Shown here piece by piece: positions 40,650-54,500 of a stretch of 64,000 bases of DNA (the first letter of the stretch is position 1; every line of letters starts with the position of its first letter). This stretch comes from Balanoglossus misakiensis. Its lineage: Eukaryota > Animalia > Hemichordata. The notes under the pieces are model-generated. The model was given only the letters and a program-made list of their open reading frames with translations. It searched no databases and was not told where the DNA came from. A program made the position numbers and the translations under genes. The stretch is from the NCBI GenBank assembly GCA_040954595.2, contig CM082597.2:1996422-2060421 (forward strand), given 5' to 3'.

Positions 40650-43600
40650 ATGGACACCACGACAATCCATTCGCGTAAGTATACACGGAAACTGGTGTCA
40701 TTTTTTCTAGACAACCAGACAGACAGACAGAGAGAAAGCAGGCGAACAGGCAGGCAGATAATCAGTCAGACGCAGAAAAAGACAGTCCGAGAGGGGGGTG
40801 GGCATTTCGTTGACACCGTTATCTTGTGGACATGCATGAGCAACGAATTCGACTTAACACGAAAATCTAACAGACGCGGAGAAAAAGAGCAAAAAAATCC
40901 AAAAATTGCCACAAAAGTACACCTGTTTACAGGCACATCCTTCACTGAACCGTAACGACAAATATCTCATTTTTCACCAAAGAATCTGATTCACAAAATG
41001 AACGTTATTACCATTTTCTGCGTATCGAAGGTTCTCATCCGAAACTTGGTATTGAATAAAGGAAACACTCCGTCGATAATTGTTTTATGGGTCGCTCCGG
41101 ATATCAGCGTATATTAGCTATCGCATCCACAGTGTTCGGTAATTAAGCATCGACTTTTGTCTATGTAAGTGGCGATAATTGGCTATTGTTCTAAAATCAA
41201 AGACAAGTAATTTGTGTCGTTCGCCGCGCATTTGAATTCGTTCGTATTCCCACGTCTGGGGCGTGTCCGCGCTGAGAGCTGCCCTGGTATAGTTTTAGTC
41301 CCAGTGTTATACAAAAAATGAATATTTATTTTTTTATCCGCGGTCTGCAATGTTGTTATTCGATGGGGACTTTCGGTTGTATTCACCTCGAAAATCAAAA
41401 AACCTGTTTTCTTCTTTATTTTCAAAAAGACTCTCCGCGCACATAAATATCACAGCAAAGGATTGAAAGGTTTTGAGGGCTATCCCTTTTACGAAAATCT
41501 GTCCCCAAGGCGCTTACTACATTGATACAATGTTAACAACGAACCCGATTGATTTGTCTTGTCGATTGTGTTCGGAATAAAGGGATTTGCTTAGTTCGAG
41601 TTTCATCCTATTAGAGCGACCTGATCGCTGTCTCTCTAAGAGTGCTCAGCGCTTAGAGCAGACTTCAAAAGAACCAATAGTGAAAGGAACTGAATTATAC
41701 GAGAATCATTGCTTTAACATTTTTATCTTTTTTTTACTTTCCAGAAGCTAGCGGTTTAGGCCACTTAGGAGGAATCTTCGTCAACGGTCGACCCTTGCCC
41801 GACCCCTTACGTCATCGGATGATCGACCTGTCGCACGTCAGACCATCAGACTTATCACGACAGTTATTGATGTCTCACGGCTGTGTTAGCAAATTTCTCG
41901 GTGAGTTCGAATTTCGTTCAAAGATTTGGTGGCTTATCACCCGATCGAATTAAGCGGTGCATCAAAGTTAGTCATCGAAAAAATAATGGATATATGAGGT
42001 TGGGAGCTTTGCAGACCGGATAAAAAATATATATTCAATTTTTTTTTGTATTCCCTTTTAAATTGTTCGTTTGGTGAAAATATTTCCTAGGGTCATCCGT
42101 TGCATGGCTATTTTTTCTAAAAAGTCTGGTATTTTGTTCGGCCCAATTTTTACACGTTTGAGTCCCACACCACGCGGGTTAGCAGATGACATTAAAAGTT
42201 TAATTGTCGCTTCTTTTAAATTTCTCACACTTATAAATTCAATCCACACCAAACCGCACGGCTGCTGCGATGCCGTGACGTACATACGTGTATACTAGCA
42301 CAGCGGACACCGGCCTATGCGCTCACCATGGCATGCTAATTAGTGCGGATTCGCGATCACCCTTGGCAACGGGCTCTTTACAAAGCAAACTGCACTCACT
42401 GCACGACCGAAAATAGTACAAGAGTAATATTTTTTTGAGATATTAGAACAAATTAACTGATTTATATTCTTTTTGGTTCGAATTGTAGCGGGGCGATACT
42501 ACGATACTGGATCAGTTCGACCTGGTACTATTGGAGGCAGCAAGCCCAAGGTTGCCACGCCGGAAGTTGTGAACAAGATTGAATCGTACAAACAGGAAAA
42601 CCCGACCATCTTTGCTTGGGAAATCCGGGACCGTTTAATCAGTGAAGGTACGGAAAATTATATTATATTAAACTTCCTTCGTGATTGTTTTGAACCGGAA
42701 GTGAACTTTTTTTTCCACAAGTTGAGAGTCATGAGAACGCGCGGCCCTCTTTTTTATCGTTCTGACGTTGACATAGCAACTACCTGTTACCCGGTCTTTG
42801 TTGTTTAATGGCTATTTAATAATTATCGATTTTTGCGGTTGCAGTGTACGGAGCGTGTGAAAACGAAAGTGGTGATAATGTCGAGTTTGTGCGTTGTTCT
42901 CGTCGTTCAAATCTCGCGGTATAGTCTTTTTCGTCTTTGGAATCGAATAATGTTGGGTTTAATAAAACAAATATTACAAAAACATACTTTTTTATATTAT
43001 GAACCTATCTGAATTGTCTCGCCAAATCTATGAAACGATTGTGACTAGGCCTACACCAAAACTTGAACGAAACAACTATCCCATGTGTTAGTTACAATAG
43101 CGCTGTTTAACACCCACTATTTGCAAATGAAAACATTTTTGAAGCACAGAAAAACTGTTGTTGACGGTTTCGGTATCACTTCTACTATCGATTACACGAT
43201 CGCCCCCGGGGCCACGGCCAATTAAGGCGCCATCAACATTTCACGGCGCATTACCACTTTTGAACTTCCGCGCTGACTGTCCTGTGAATAGGTCGTTGGG
43301 CCTTTCACGGGAACCTCAACAGAGCGACACACATGTACAAAAAATAAAGTTCTCCACCGCCTGAGGCGGCTCTTGTCCCGCGTGTGATTTTTTCCCTTTC
43401 ATTGATTTCAAGGGTGTCGATAACACGTTGCCACAAAAAAACGACGCCCGTTTCTACAGTGTTTACCTTCGAATTCACGGAGAGCAATTTTGACGGCAAG
43501 TTCAGGGACAAACTCCGGGGTCTATTTATCTAACCTGTTTCACTTAACTCGGTCAAGCTCAACTCGCTGCTTTTCTGAATGCTGAGAAGCCGTGTAAATA

Positions 43601-45805
43601 ATACACTGACGTTATGTATTTTTAGAGAAAGAAAAGTTTGAGAAAGAACCACATATGGCGACTAAGCCAGCAATGTTTGCGTTCATTCGCTAAAGTTTAC
43701 ATTCTGGTTCGACGCATTGAGTGAAAGCGACGCAATCTGTCCCCGAACTGGGATACAGGCGCGGTCTATTGTCCGTGGCGGTATCGGGGAGAATGTGAGA
43801 GACTGCGGTGTGAAATGACAGGTCAACGCGGTCACCCCAATGACACACAACGACAATAATGGGGAGTTCCATATACATGTATGCACCCCTGGAGAAGGGC
43901 GTGCCTAGGCCTGTTTTCAAGTTTCGTTTACCGTTCGCGCAGTTCCGTGGGAAGAGGCGAACGTCGGAGAAAGGGGGATCCCCAATTTCGCAAACCTCGA
44001 TTATGACAGACAAGACCACCACAGACAGATTCGGTTGGTTAGCAAATGGTTAGCACAACTCCCAAGAACCATCAAAATTGTCCATATGGTAAACTGAAAC
44101 AGAGAGGCAGATACTGAGCAATTATAGATTTTTGCAACGAAAGGGCCAGTGTAGAGCTCGAAAAACTGCCGATGTATTCCTGGCCATTTTGAGAGAGATA
44201 GAGCGAGAGAGCGAGGGGGGGGATCCTTTGTCCCAAGTTTTCACTCGTGAAGACTAGAGAATTCCCCAAGCTAACATTCCGTGACAAATATACGCCTGAC
44301 GGATTTTACTTTCATTTGCAGGTGTATGCACAAACAGCACGGTTCCCAGTGTCAGCTCCATCAATCGCATCCTGCGCAACCGGGCAGCCGAGAGAGCTGC
44401 GGCCGAGTACGCCCGAGCGGCCGAACAGGCGCTGTACCCCCACTACCCGGTGTCTTGGTCGACCGCTGGCCCGTTTGCAGCGCCCCCTATACTGCCCCAG
44501 TACACGCTCGGTGCGTCGCTTGCCGCTAGTACAAGCGCCGCCTTGTGTCCTGCGTCCATAATCAGTGTGCCTCCGGTGTCTATAGGTAAGGATGCATTCT
44601 GTGTGTGTGTACGTGTGTGTGTGGGGAGAGAGAGCGATTCATGGTTTGCATCCGAAGTTAACAATCATACAACGCCCTTGCAAAATGATTAGTAACGGCA
44701 TCTAAACATTAAATCTGGCTACATTAATTTAAATTAACCTATTTCAAGAGTAATTAGGGGATATTTGAAATTTAACATGTTGATAATTGGCTCTCCTTTG
44801 GTTAATTACTTGTTTAAATTGCTATCAGGGAGGTAGTTGAACTGGTGTGACGGGGTGTTCTGTTGGGAAAGAAGGCGGATAGCCAGAAACAGACAATGAG
44901 ACAGACAGACAGACAGACAGACAGACGGTGAAAAATAGTGAACTCCTCCTAAACACCTGCACTCCCTGTGCACGTTTTAATTATGCCCAAGCGCTAACAC
45001 GATTTCTTTTTCGTGTACGGCGTTCAGGTTTAACACCGTCCACGTCGACAGCACCGTCATCTCAGGGAAGGGAAGTGACGTCACACTCGGACACCCTGGA
45101 ATCACAGAAGAAGAAACTGAGGCGGAGTAGGACCACTTTCAACAGCGACCAGTTAGACATGTTGGAGAAGGAATTCGAGAAGACCCACTATCCTTGCGTC
45201 AATACAAGGGAAGACCTGGCATCAAAAACACAATTATCTGAGGCAAGAGTCCAGGTATTTCAATCAGAGCACCCCTGTAATATAATAGTTTGTTCCGGTG
45301 AAATGTGTTGTACGGCCCCGAGTAATATTTATTACCTGACTTAACGAAGACCCTACTCAACGCAATTTGATCTTGTCTTCACGAATGTGCTTGCTGTATT
45401 TCATCTAATCGTCAACCAATATCATATTTGTATATATGGCATGGTTCCTGTCCAGATATAATATTTTCTTTTCTTGTATTACACCCGCAGGTTTGGTTTT
45501 CAAATCGCCGGGCAAAATGGCGGCGTCATAAGAAGATCGGGTCCCTTGCTCACCCCAGTCCGATGATACCCGTGACCAGCTACGCCTCTGTATACAAACC
45601 AGTGCCCAGCTCGGAGAGGGCGCCCCCTCATGTTAGCATCCGTGAACACAGTTTCAAGACGCTGATTCCCTCGCCGCATTCGGCGTTCACTGTGGCCGCG
45701 TCGCCGGTAATGACGTCAACGCCTTCGTCACCTTTGCTCGTGGTGACGTCGTCGCCGTCAGCATCGCCTGTGACGTCAGAACCGTCACCAAAGAGACACT
45801 CCTGA
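40650..45805 (+). CDS. eyg: Eyegone-type Pax transcription factor (about 381 aa; paired domain + S50 paired-class homeodomain, no octapeptide seen)
   Basis: Exons 40650-40674 (MDTTTIHS), 41745-41900 ([52 protein letters not shown]), 42489-42647 ([25 protein letters not shown]...[12 protein letters not shown]), 44322-44585 ([34 protein letters not shown]...), 45028-45254 ([31 protein letters not shown]...EARVQ), 45491-45805 ([13 protein letters not shown]...*). All GT-AG and in phase. [11 protein letters not shown](F/Y)ARAA and HYPCVNTRE are characteristic of eyegone/twin of eyegone. Confidence 0.9.
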
Positions 45806-46178
45806 ACAAGCAGTTCAAAAATCTGCATGTGTACATTGAGGTGAAGTTTTCAGTGCAATAATCATTGGGAGGGATGGAGAGAGAGAGAGAGACAGAGACA
45901 GACAGACAGACAGAGAGCGCTGCATGACGTCATATCGCATACTTTCGTCGATGTATATGTATTTCAAACATTATCACATGTGTATTTTATTGATGTTTTA
46001 TGTCCTACAGTTTTGATTTTTTATTTATTTATTTATTTATTTGAAGAGAAATTTAACAAAGTTTAGCCGCATTATTACTGTGTCGTTTGTGTCTTATATC
46101 GTGTCTATGTGTTGTCCATTCATAGTTTAGAGTTTCATTAAGGACAGAAAGCCTTACCACTTATCAGGCCGCACCAAT

Positions 46179-46347
46179 GTGCCTTACCAGTCAGCAATGC
46201 TTCTTACATAATATTGCACAGTGGACTGTTATAAAGCGTGCCTTACACTTTCAAACTTTCTTTGAATTAAAATGTGCCTTGTCAATAAATGGATGACTTT
46301 ACAGTCTGACTTGACCATCAATTTGAACTTACCTACAACGTGCCTTA
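46179..46347 (+). promoter_or_regulatory. Cluster of four miR-124 seed matches in presumptive eyegone 3' UTR
   Basis: GTGCCTTA at 46179-46186, 46238-46245 (extended GCGTGCCTTA), 46340-46347; GTGCCTT at 46274-46280. miR-124 5' end UAAGGCACGC is established. Confidence 0.7.
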
Positions 46348-49300
46348 TTAAAACTATTATGTCTACACAATGAGAGTGCAATATTAATTTAAAATTGGTC
46401 AAAACGTATTAACCTAAATATTTTCATTTCTACATGTATTTTAATTGTTAATTTTATTGTGGCAGATAGTGTGCGCAATATTGCCTGTACATAATTAAGC
46501 TTTCAGCTTTTTATCATGATAATTATAATATCAAGTATTGAATTAAAAACTTTTATAACTTATCAATGTGTGATTTATTCAATAGAATTTCTCATCCAGG
46601 ACACTTAATCCACGGGTAGTTGTTTTTGATATCAAATATCTACAGACGGGATCAAACCGAGATTCGAAAAGAAATTATTTTTCAACATGATTCAAGGGCA
46701 GAAAGACCTAACACCCACGGGGTCATCCATGAAAGAGAGGAAATAAAAACATAGGGCTAATCCACCTTTACCATAAAGGGCGCTCGTAACCTGGCGATGT
46801 TGTGACTTGGACAGTCTCCAAGTCACTCAGAAACAGGAGATGACCAATGACACTCATTACAGCGAGATAGCAGGATCTTCGTCAGTGCATCGTCGCACGT
46901 ATACATGTACTTCAAAATAAACCACCAAATCTTATCCGGTATCTCATCACGTTATCCACAAAAGCGTTTTTGGAGTACCCTGTTGACGTTTGATTGTTTG
47001 CTCGATAAAATCCACGTTTATCCGCGAGACGCGCTATCAGGACAGCCAGAATCAACGTCATGAACATATTAACCATAAAAATCAGTACAAGACTTTTTAA
47101 AATGAAATATGTGCATGTATACAGTGCGGCAAAATGAACCACAAACGTTTGAACAAATCAAATATTGGTACTCCTGTCGGCATATGCCGTGGGACTGTCG
47201 ATATTCTTTGTCGGCAATGTGCCAACAAGTGGTTCGCTCCGTTTGGTCAACCAGATTTACAGACTACGTTATCGCCGAAATATCTTTGTTGCTATGATTT
47301 AGGATTCCAATATGGATTTCATGGCATTGACTACTACTATTGCACGTAACTTTAACTTCACGCGTACCGCACCCAAAACCGGGCGCGGCCCCCGGCGCTC
47401 TGCCCGCGTCATAGACCCTTGACCGAGACCTGCAAACAAACCAGCCAATTTTCAAGGGCCAATTCAGGTTCGTGGCAAACAGTCATGATAATAGTGGATA
47501 ATAATGACGAATGAGATTTGACCCTGACGGCTCACAATGGAGTCAGTCACGCAGACAGTTTGTAAAGTCGGCTGAGCAAATACCAGACGGTGGTGTTTAC
47601 CACATGGTTCCAGCCGTGAACTTGAAACAGGGTAACATTGGTAGCCAAGGCCTCGAAGTGGGCGTGGCCATTAAAGAATCTATGGTGAGCTGGAGATGGC
47701 TAAATGATGCACGTGTGTGCGCTGTTATCGTTTGACCACACTGACAAACCACGGTGACAAAACTGAATTGTTTTTTTGATTGAAAGGTCTTAAAGAGTGA
47801 CAATGCGTGAGAGATTATAAATATCCCCCAAAAGTCAAACCTGACGTCACACATATGACCTGATTAGCCGCCGCATCAGACGGTAACATACCTCGCGGCT
47901 TGTATTAAGAATGTCAATGACTACAACCACGTGATTCTGAAATTGCTGGCAATAGAATAACCGGAGTGAGCCGGAATGCCTTTCATTGTGAAATAATTGA
48001 TGATTATCTTGACGCAATGTTAAAGGCCAATACTCGCCACTCTGTATTTATCGACCACTCCTAAATGGTCAGATGGAACAACAACATTCGCTTCATTCAC
48101 ACCAGTGACCTTGATGACCTCTGAAGCCGATAAACAACATTGCTTGTAGAGATGTGTCAGTATTGCAAGACATCTGGAAGTACACCCTAGAATGTGGAGT
48201 GTTACTAATTTGCATGTTTATTGATTTGTGCAATTAAGCGAGTGTTTCCACAATTATCACCCCATTAACGCCCAATGTCTCACTTGGAACTTGTTAATTA
48301 GCCTAACTGAATAGTTTAATATCCCATAAACCAGTTCACACACAAGTGGCAATAACGACTATGTATTTCGCCTAAATTATGAGCTCATTAAGAAATTCAG
48401 AGACGACACCACTATGAGTGCCAATATTATTAATAACATTTGTACTAATTTATGAATAGTAAACACAACTTATAAGTTAATGTATACAACTGCGCGCATA
48501 GGTCCATGATAACGTGTACGATTATGGTGGTGACGAGTGCTGGCCAATTCACTTGTGAATAGACCATAAAATTAACCTTTGCTGACAGTACATGATTGTT
48601 CAGTTCAGGTATTTGGCTTTAGTTCAGTGAAATGTCTGAAGGGCTTAAAGCGATCGCGATCCCATTCTCACGAACACACCACCCTTTGTGGGCCAAGGTT
48701 TTCATCAGAGGTCGAGTTGGCTTGGATGCATGGCAGATTTCTAAAACCCTGACACTGATCGGGTGAAGGGACACTCACAAAGCCGGCGTTTTTCACTGAG
48801 ACTTTATATTGCCTGTCCTACCACAGGGACCACGTCACAGCGCTGTTCATATTTCTGCAAGTCTCCTGAGGATGATCTTCCCTAGGGTTAGACTTAGCCC
48901 TTGCCCTTATAGAGAAGTCCGTTTGAGACTGTTTTATTCCCCGGCCAAAATCCAACTTGGGACCAGAGCCGGTGTAAGCGCACATTACACAATCTTAATT
49001 TTAAACCCACCGAACCAAGTATTGTACCGTCGTTTGCTGTACATTAAAATACCTGACAGACCAGCATTGAGATTTGTGGGGGGTCAGTACACACATTGAG
49101 AAAGCAGGGAAACTTCGCGCCACAGTAAATCAGTGATGCGTTTCCATGCGTGTAACCATTCACGGCCAACCCGTCTTGCATTGTCTCCCCTCTGAAAGGG
49201 GGTCATAAAATTGTTGTATGCTTGGCCTTAAAGGTATATGGGTGACGCGCCTTTATGCCATGGATAACACCATGCACTGTGTGGCACACAGTGAGAAATC

Positions 49301-51537
49301 ATTTTCAAATCCCTGCATGATATCTTATTTATTGTAGATGGCGTAAATATCTTACCTTTTTCGCCGAAAATCTTTATCGAACATCTCCTTGAATTCCTCT
49401 GGGAACATACACCGCACTGTGGTTGCCTCGGTATCACCGTCGTATCCATCCACATGTCTCTCTCTCACTCCCTCTCTCCTCCATCTCTCTGTGTTTCAGA
49501 TTTGATGCCTACGCCTGGAAAAATAAAATATATGGAAATAAAAATCTTGTGCGGCATATACAAAGCATGTCGACTGCATTCTAACACAAGTCGCCAAGAC
49601 ATGTTCTCGTAGATGGAAGTATCAACAGCAAACATGCATACAGACAGACTCTCAGGCCAAATTTATTTGGGTAATCGGTTGCAGAGGTTGTCCAGTTATT
49701 CTCAGTAGTGTGTGATGGGGAGAGATGGGGGTCACTGTAAGATAACTGGTGCCGTAATGTTGGCTGACTACTTAACACCCTGATAAGTCATCTCATTAAT
49801 GCAATCAGTGGTGTATGTGGGCAGATTACAAAAAGATAGTTATTATCGCCATGAGTTTGATAAATGGGTTTGGGGGCTGAGAACACAGGACGCGTGTTTG
49901 AGCCACCAGTGGTAGTGTGGGCCAGACTCGTACCCACGTTGATTTGTTAAGTGGTGGGATTATTAACCACGGATTATCGTGTCGAGGGCAAGCGATGATA
50001 ACCCGTCTTGGGGACGTGGAGATTTGTCGACGTGGACAGGATAATAATATTGATGGAGTGTGAATCGGAATGTTCCAACACAAAGTAGACGTCGCTCAAT
50101 TCCTCACGTACACCTATAATTCTTATCAAACCTGTTCACTATTAAACACCTGACCAGAGTACGGATTTGATATTTTTAAATCTTATCTATTCTAAATTCA
50201 TCTGGGGTTTATGCAAAACAAAAACCGAACTAGCCAGGGTATGTTTCCAAGATGATTGGCGCTTCCCACGTGACTGACAGACACTGAAACAACGAATCGG
50301 TGGACTAAAACAATATTGAAATCATCATGGCCCATAAATCGCAGGCATGTCAGTGATGGGATACCATGTGTATAGACTATACATTTGGCAAAATATTTTG
50401 AGAGCATTATTATTGCTTTTGAATGTTTCTGACAACTAGAACCCAATTATTTTGCTTAGTTAAATGCCGAAACAATGTTGTTTTTTGTCGAACTTTGAAC
50501 TCTGACCCTTGAACTCTCCTGGTCGATATTTTAGTACATGATAAAACCATATATTTAGTCTCCCGACTTCTCCACTTGCCGTCAGGATCATTGATTGATT
50601 CTATGCTCCAATTCATATATATTTACTTTATCTTTATTATGATTTATATACGGTTTGCGTGGACAAGTCGGCGTCACATGACTGGAGAAATAGTTCGGAC
50701 TCCATGGTAACGGGGAATGTGCAGCGAAGGCAGAGTACAGTGCAACTCGTTGTGTCCTGGACTGATAGAACACGCCAATCAGTAATTTTTATCTCTCCTA
50801 TCTCAAGTTTAGAGTACATCCCCAAACAATTGTGCTTAGTTTTTGATGTAACATGTACATTTATCTGTACACATCTCGTCTTTTATCAGTGCGTTTTATC
50901 TTGTCCAAGGTCCATAAGTTATGTTGTGCAAACAAAGTCTGCGCGCATGTGCATTATACCGTGTATAGGTGTGTTGGAAATTCGACTTGTACAAATTGGC
51001 ATTAGATGACGCGTTAAAAACGTCTGACCACAGTACTAGGGCTAAAATAATATTTTCAATTATGCTAATTGATCAATGTTCTGCCATCATTGTTGCAATG
51101 ACAAACATGACGACACTCATTTTCCCTTCTAATTTGCCACTGAAGTAGACGATAGTAGAATGTGAGTATTTATCAAATGATCAATGAGTGACGTCACCAT
51201 CTGCCTGGCTGTGATGCTGTTGGAATGTATTTAAAAACACACGCCAGCTATGAAATGGGCGGGCTCAACAAGTTTTGTACGATTGTTGAATCATTAATCT
51301 AATCATACCTAGTAAATGGGTCAAGTGCCGACATCGGCCCTTACATTTCTCTGACACAAAGGGTGTTTATTGTCCCGTCTTTACCTTGGCTTCTTGAAGG
51401 CCATTGGAATAAGTGCACCGCCTTCTTTTCAACTACAGTTCGTCTAAGGTGACCACAACTCTCGCATTACCTGAGCTCGGCGCTGAACCGTGAGAAGCTT
51501 ACACTATTTGACCCGGATTTTTTTTAAAAACAGGACT

Positions 51538-54500
51538 ATGGCTGCCAAACTGATGCCGTTATCACGAACTCTCCAGTTTCTTCTAGTTTTCTTCTTTTTT
51601 AACTGTCTTCTACTCCTGCGACATATACATAAGGACGCAGCTGGCGGTGTGACGAGCCATGACCTAATTCTACAGCAGAGACTCGGTGAGGATTTGAAGC
51701 GGGCAGGACGTGCAGTCTGGAATGCCGAAGAACGACTTGGGGCGAGGCGCTCCGGTAAGTCCGAACGCTACGAGTTTCGTTTTCCCCACCGAGACAGAGA
51801 CATTCTCCTGAACACGGGAGCCCACAATGAAAGTGAAGGAAACAGACAAGCCAGCGACGTGGATTCTCAATCGTATATAAGAGAACAATTCCGAAAAAGA
51901 GACATAAACTTTGAAATTAACAAACCACACGTATGCAAAGCAAGCAGCGACCTGTTGGCTGTGGTTGTAGTCACAAGTCAACCCGGAAACACGGCCAACA
52001 GACAGGCAATACGGTCAACATGGGGTGCCGAGGTGAAAGAGAACAATTCCGTGGTAGTCGTGTTTCTTGTGAGCCAGAGTACGAATAAACGTCACGATAT
52101 CAACATCCGAGACGAAGATGGGAAATACGGGGACATTGTGCAAACTACTGACCCCATGGCTCGAGAAAACACAAGTCGGTTTACCAAGACAGTGTTGCTG
52201 TGGTTACACCTGTATTGTACAAGACCAAAATTTGTACTAAAAACAGACGACAGGACTTTTATTCTGCCGAGGAACTTGATACGGGCGCTGAGACGCTCAA
52301 GAACTTCAAGCTTTGCCGCAGGCACGCCCGTAGTCTGGGGATCACCTGAACGCGACTCACGCAAGTTGAGGTACGTTTCTAGGGAGACGTGGTCTACAGA
52401 CACGTACCCGCCATATTTGCTCGGGCCATCGTACCTTTGGTCCCGTGACACTGTGAGTAAACTCTACGCTGCTTCCCTACACATGAATGACTTCCCGTTA
52501 GAAGATATCTACCTCGGTATACTGCTGGAGAGGTCCTCGACATTCCTAACAACATTCAAAGACATGGATAACTATGGAAGTGTGCACAGTTACTGTAAAT
52601 TTCGCGAACTCTTCCTGTCTGGGTACAGACACCCGGACGAAATTCGGTTTCTGTGGAAACAAATGGCAACGGATTTACCATGCAGCCACGGCGAGGACAT
52701 CGACCTAGATAAGCAGTTTTTGGAGCAAGTTTCGGTGATGAATAAACCTGAACTTTGCGCCAACATCGATCGTGAAGATGGACCGTTTCTTCTCGTTCTG
52801 GTGACGTCACCCGTCGAGGAATGGCGGCAACGACAGGCAATCCGGAATACGTGGGGAAAGTTGAAAAATATCGACGAAAAATCGATCGTGGTTTTGTTTG
52901 TGATTAACACCTATAAACACACTGGTAGCCAGGAAACAGAGGAGCTGCGCGGAGAAAATAAACAGTTTTCTGATATTTTACAATTCCATGTCAATAGTTC
53001 ACATTTGGAATATAGCACGGAATTTTTCATGATGATGCAATGGGTTAGACATTACTGCTTGAACGCTCCTTTCTTGATGATCACTGCAGACGATGTGTTG
53101 GTGCACGTGAGGAACGTCATCAATTTCCTGTCTAGTCTGCATATAAACGGAGTTGCAATAGGCGATTTCATAAATAACTCTGTACCGGAAAGGACGACAG
53201 TTGAAAACGAGGCTGAATACAATAGGACGTATATTTTCTCCGCTGATGTTGTGAAAACTGTCTGTGGATATACGGGTGAGAGGAACCTCGCTCTCTCACG
53301 GAAACATTTCGTACCCAAACTGCTTTTTGAAGCTGGGATCGAAATGACACACCATTATGGATTTGATACGTACGCCGTGAAGAAGAAACTCTGCGAGCTT
53401 GATAAAGTCATGGTGTCCGGGGGTTTCCACGGCGTCAGCATGTTACAGCACTGGTCTGGCATAAATCAATGGCTGGACTACATTCGCTGCCCGGGCCGAG
53501 TGTCTACATCAAAGCCGGACAGCAATATGCCGTACATCATACAGCACACGGACATATGTGAAAGCTTTCAGTGGACGAACCGCTCACGGACTCTACGCGT
53601 GTTATTAGGAATCATTTCGGCGCCTTCGAATTTCGTCCATCGCGTGGCCATTCGACAGACGTGGGCCGGAAACTCTGAAACGGCCCTGTCTGGCGTGGAC
53701 GTAAAGGCGGTGTTTTTATTGGGTCGCGCCAAATCTTCGAGCGTGCAGGAGAAAATCTTTGAGGAAGATTATAAATATTCGGACATCATACAACAAGACT
53801 TCGAGGAGCATTATCGAAATTTGACCAGAAAGACAATCCTGCTACTGAACTGGTCGGCAGACTTTTGCGCGGGCGCGAACTACGTCATCAAAATCGACGA
53901 CGACGTGTTTCTGAATACCGAGAATATGTTGGAGTTTCTGAGGGATGCACCCAGAAAGGGGTTGTATCTTGGTGACGCGAAAATCAATACAAAGCCACTT
54001 CGTGATGCTTGGAGTAAGTGGTATACACCAGAAGAAGCGTGGCCGGATAGTGTCTACCCGCCATATAATAACGGGCCCGCTTACGTCATGTCAATGGACG
54101 TTGTTCAAATCGCGAGCACTGCGTCGAAGAAAAGGGATATTTTCCCCTGGGAAGATGTGCATGTCGGAAATTTACTCTTCAACACCACAATCAGTCCGCT
54201 GCCTCACCACAGCTTCGATACCAATGACATCTTCCGGGATCCGTGCTCGCTGGCGGTCGGTTTGGCGTCGCATCACTTCATCCCTCAAATGCACTACAAA
54301 TTTTGGAACCAGTTGAGGTCCTGCAGAAAGAATCGCTACAACTGTTGCAAAAAGCAACAAGGTTACAAACGCGAGGCGCCGAAATTGGCCAGCAACCGGA
54401 TAGAAGCGAGCGGTTACGAATCAAATGTGTACTTGAGGGAGACTTGTAACCATGACAACCAAGGCAGGGGCGTCTTCTTACTCATATTGGTGATGTCATC

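Noticed and set aside
46900-51400. Short ORFs between eyegone and the GT31 gene
   Set aside because: No domain motifs or consistent splice-phase chain; may hold a non-coding first exon of the GT31 gene but none could be located.
51490-51537. GTG start given by the ORF track for the 2149-aa ORF
   Set aside because: Eukaryotic context; first ATG is 51538 and is preceded by an acceptor-like cag at 51531-51533.
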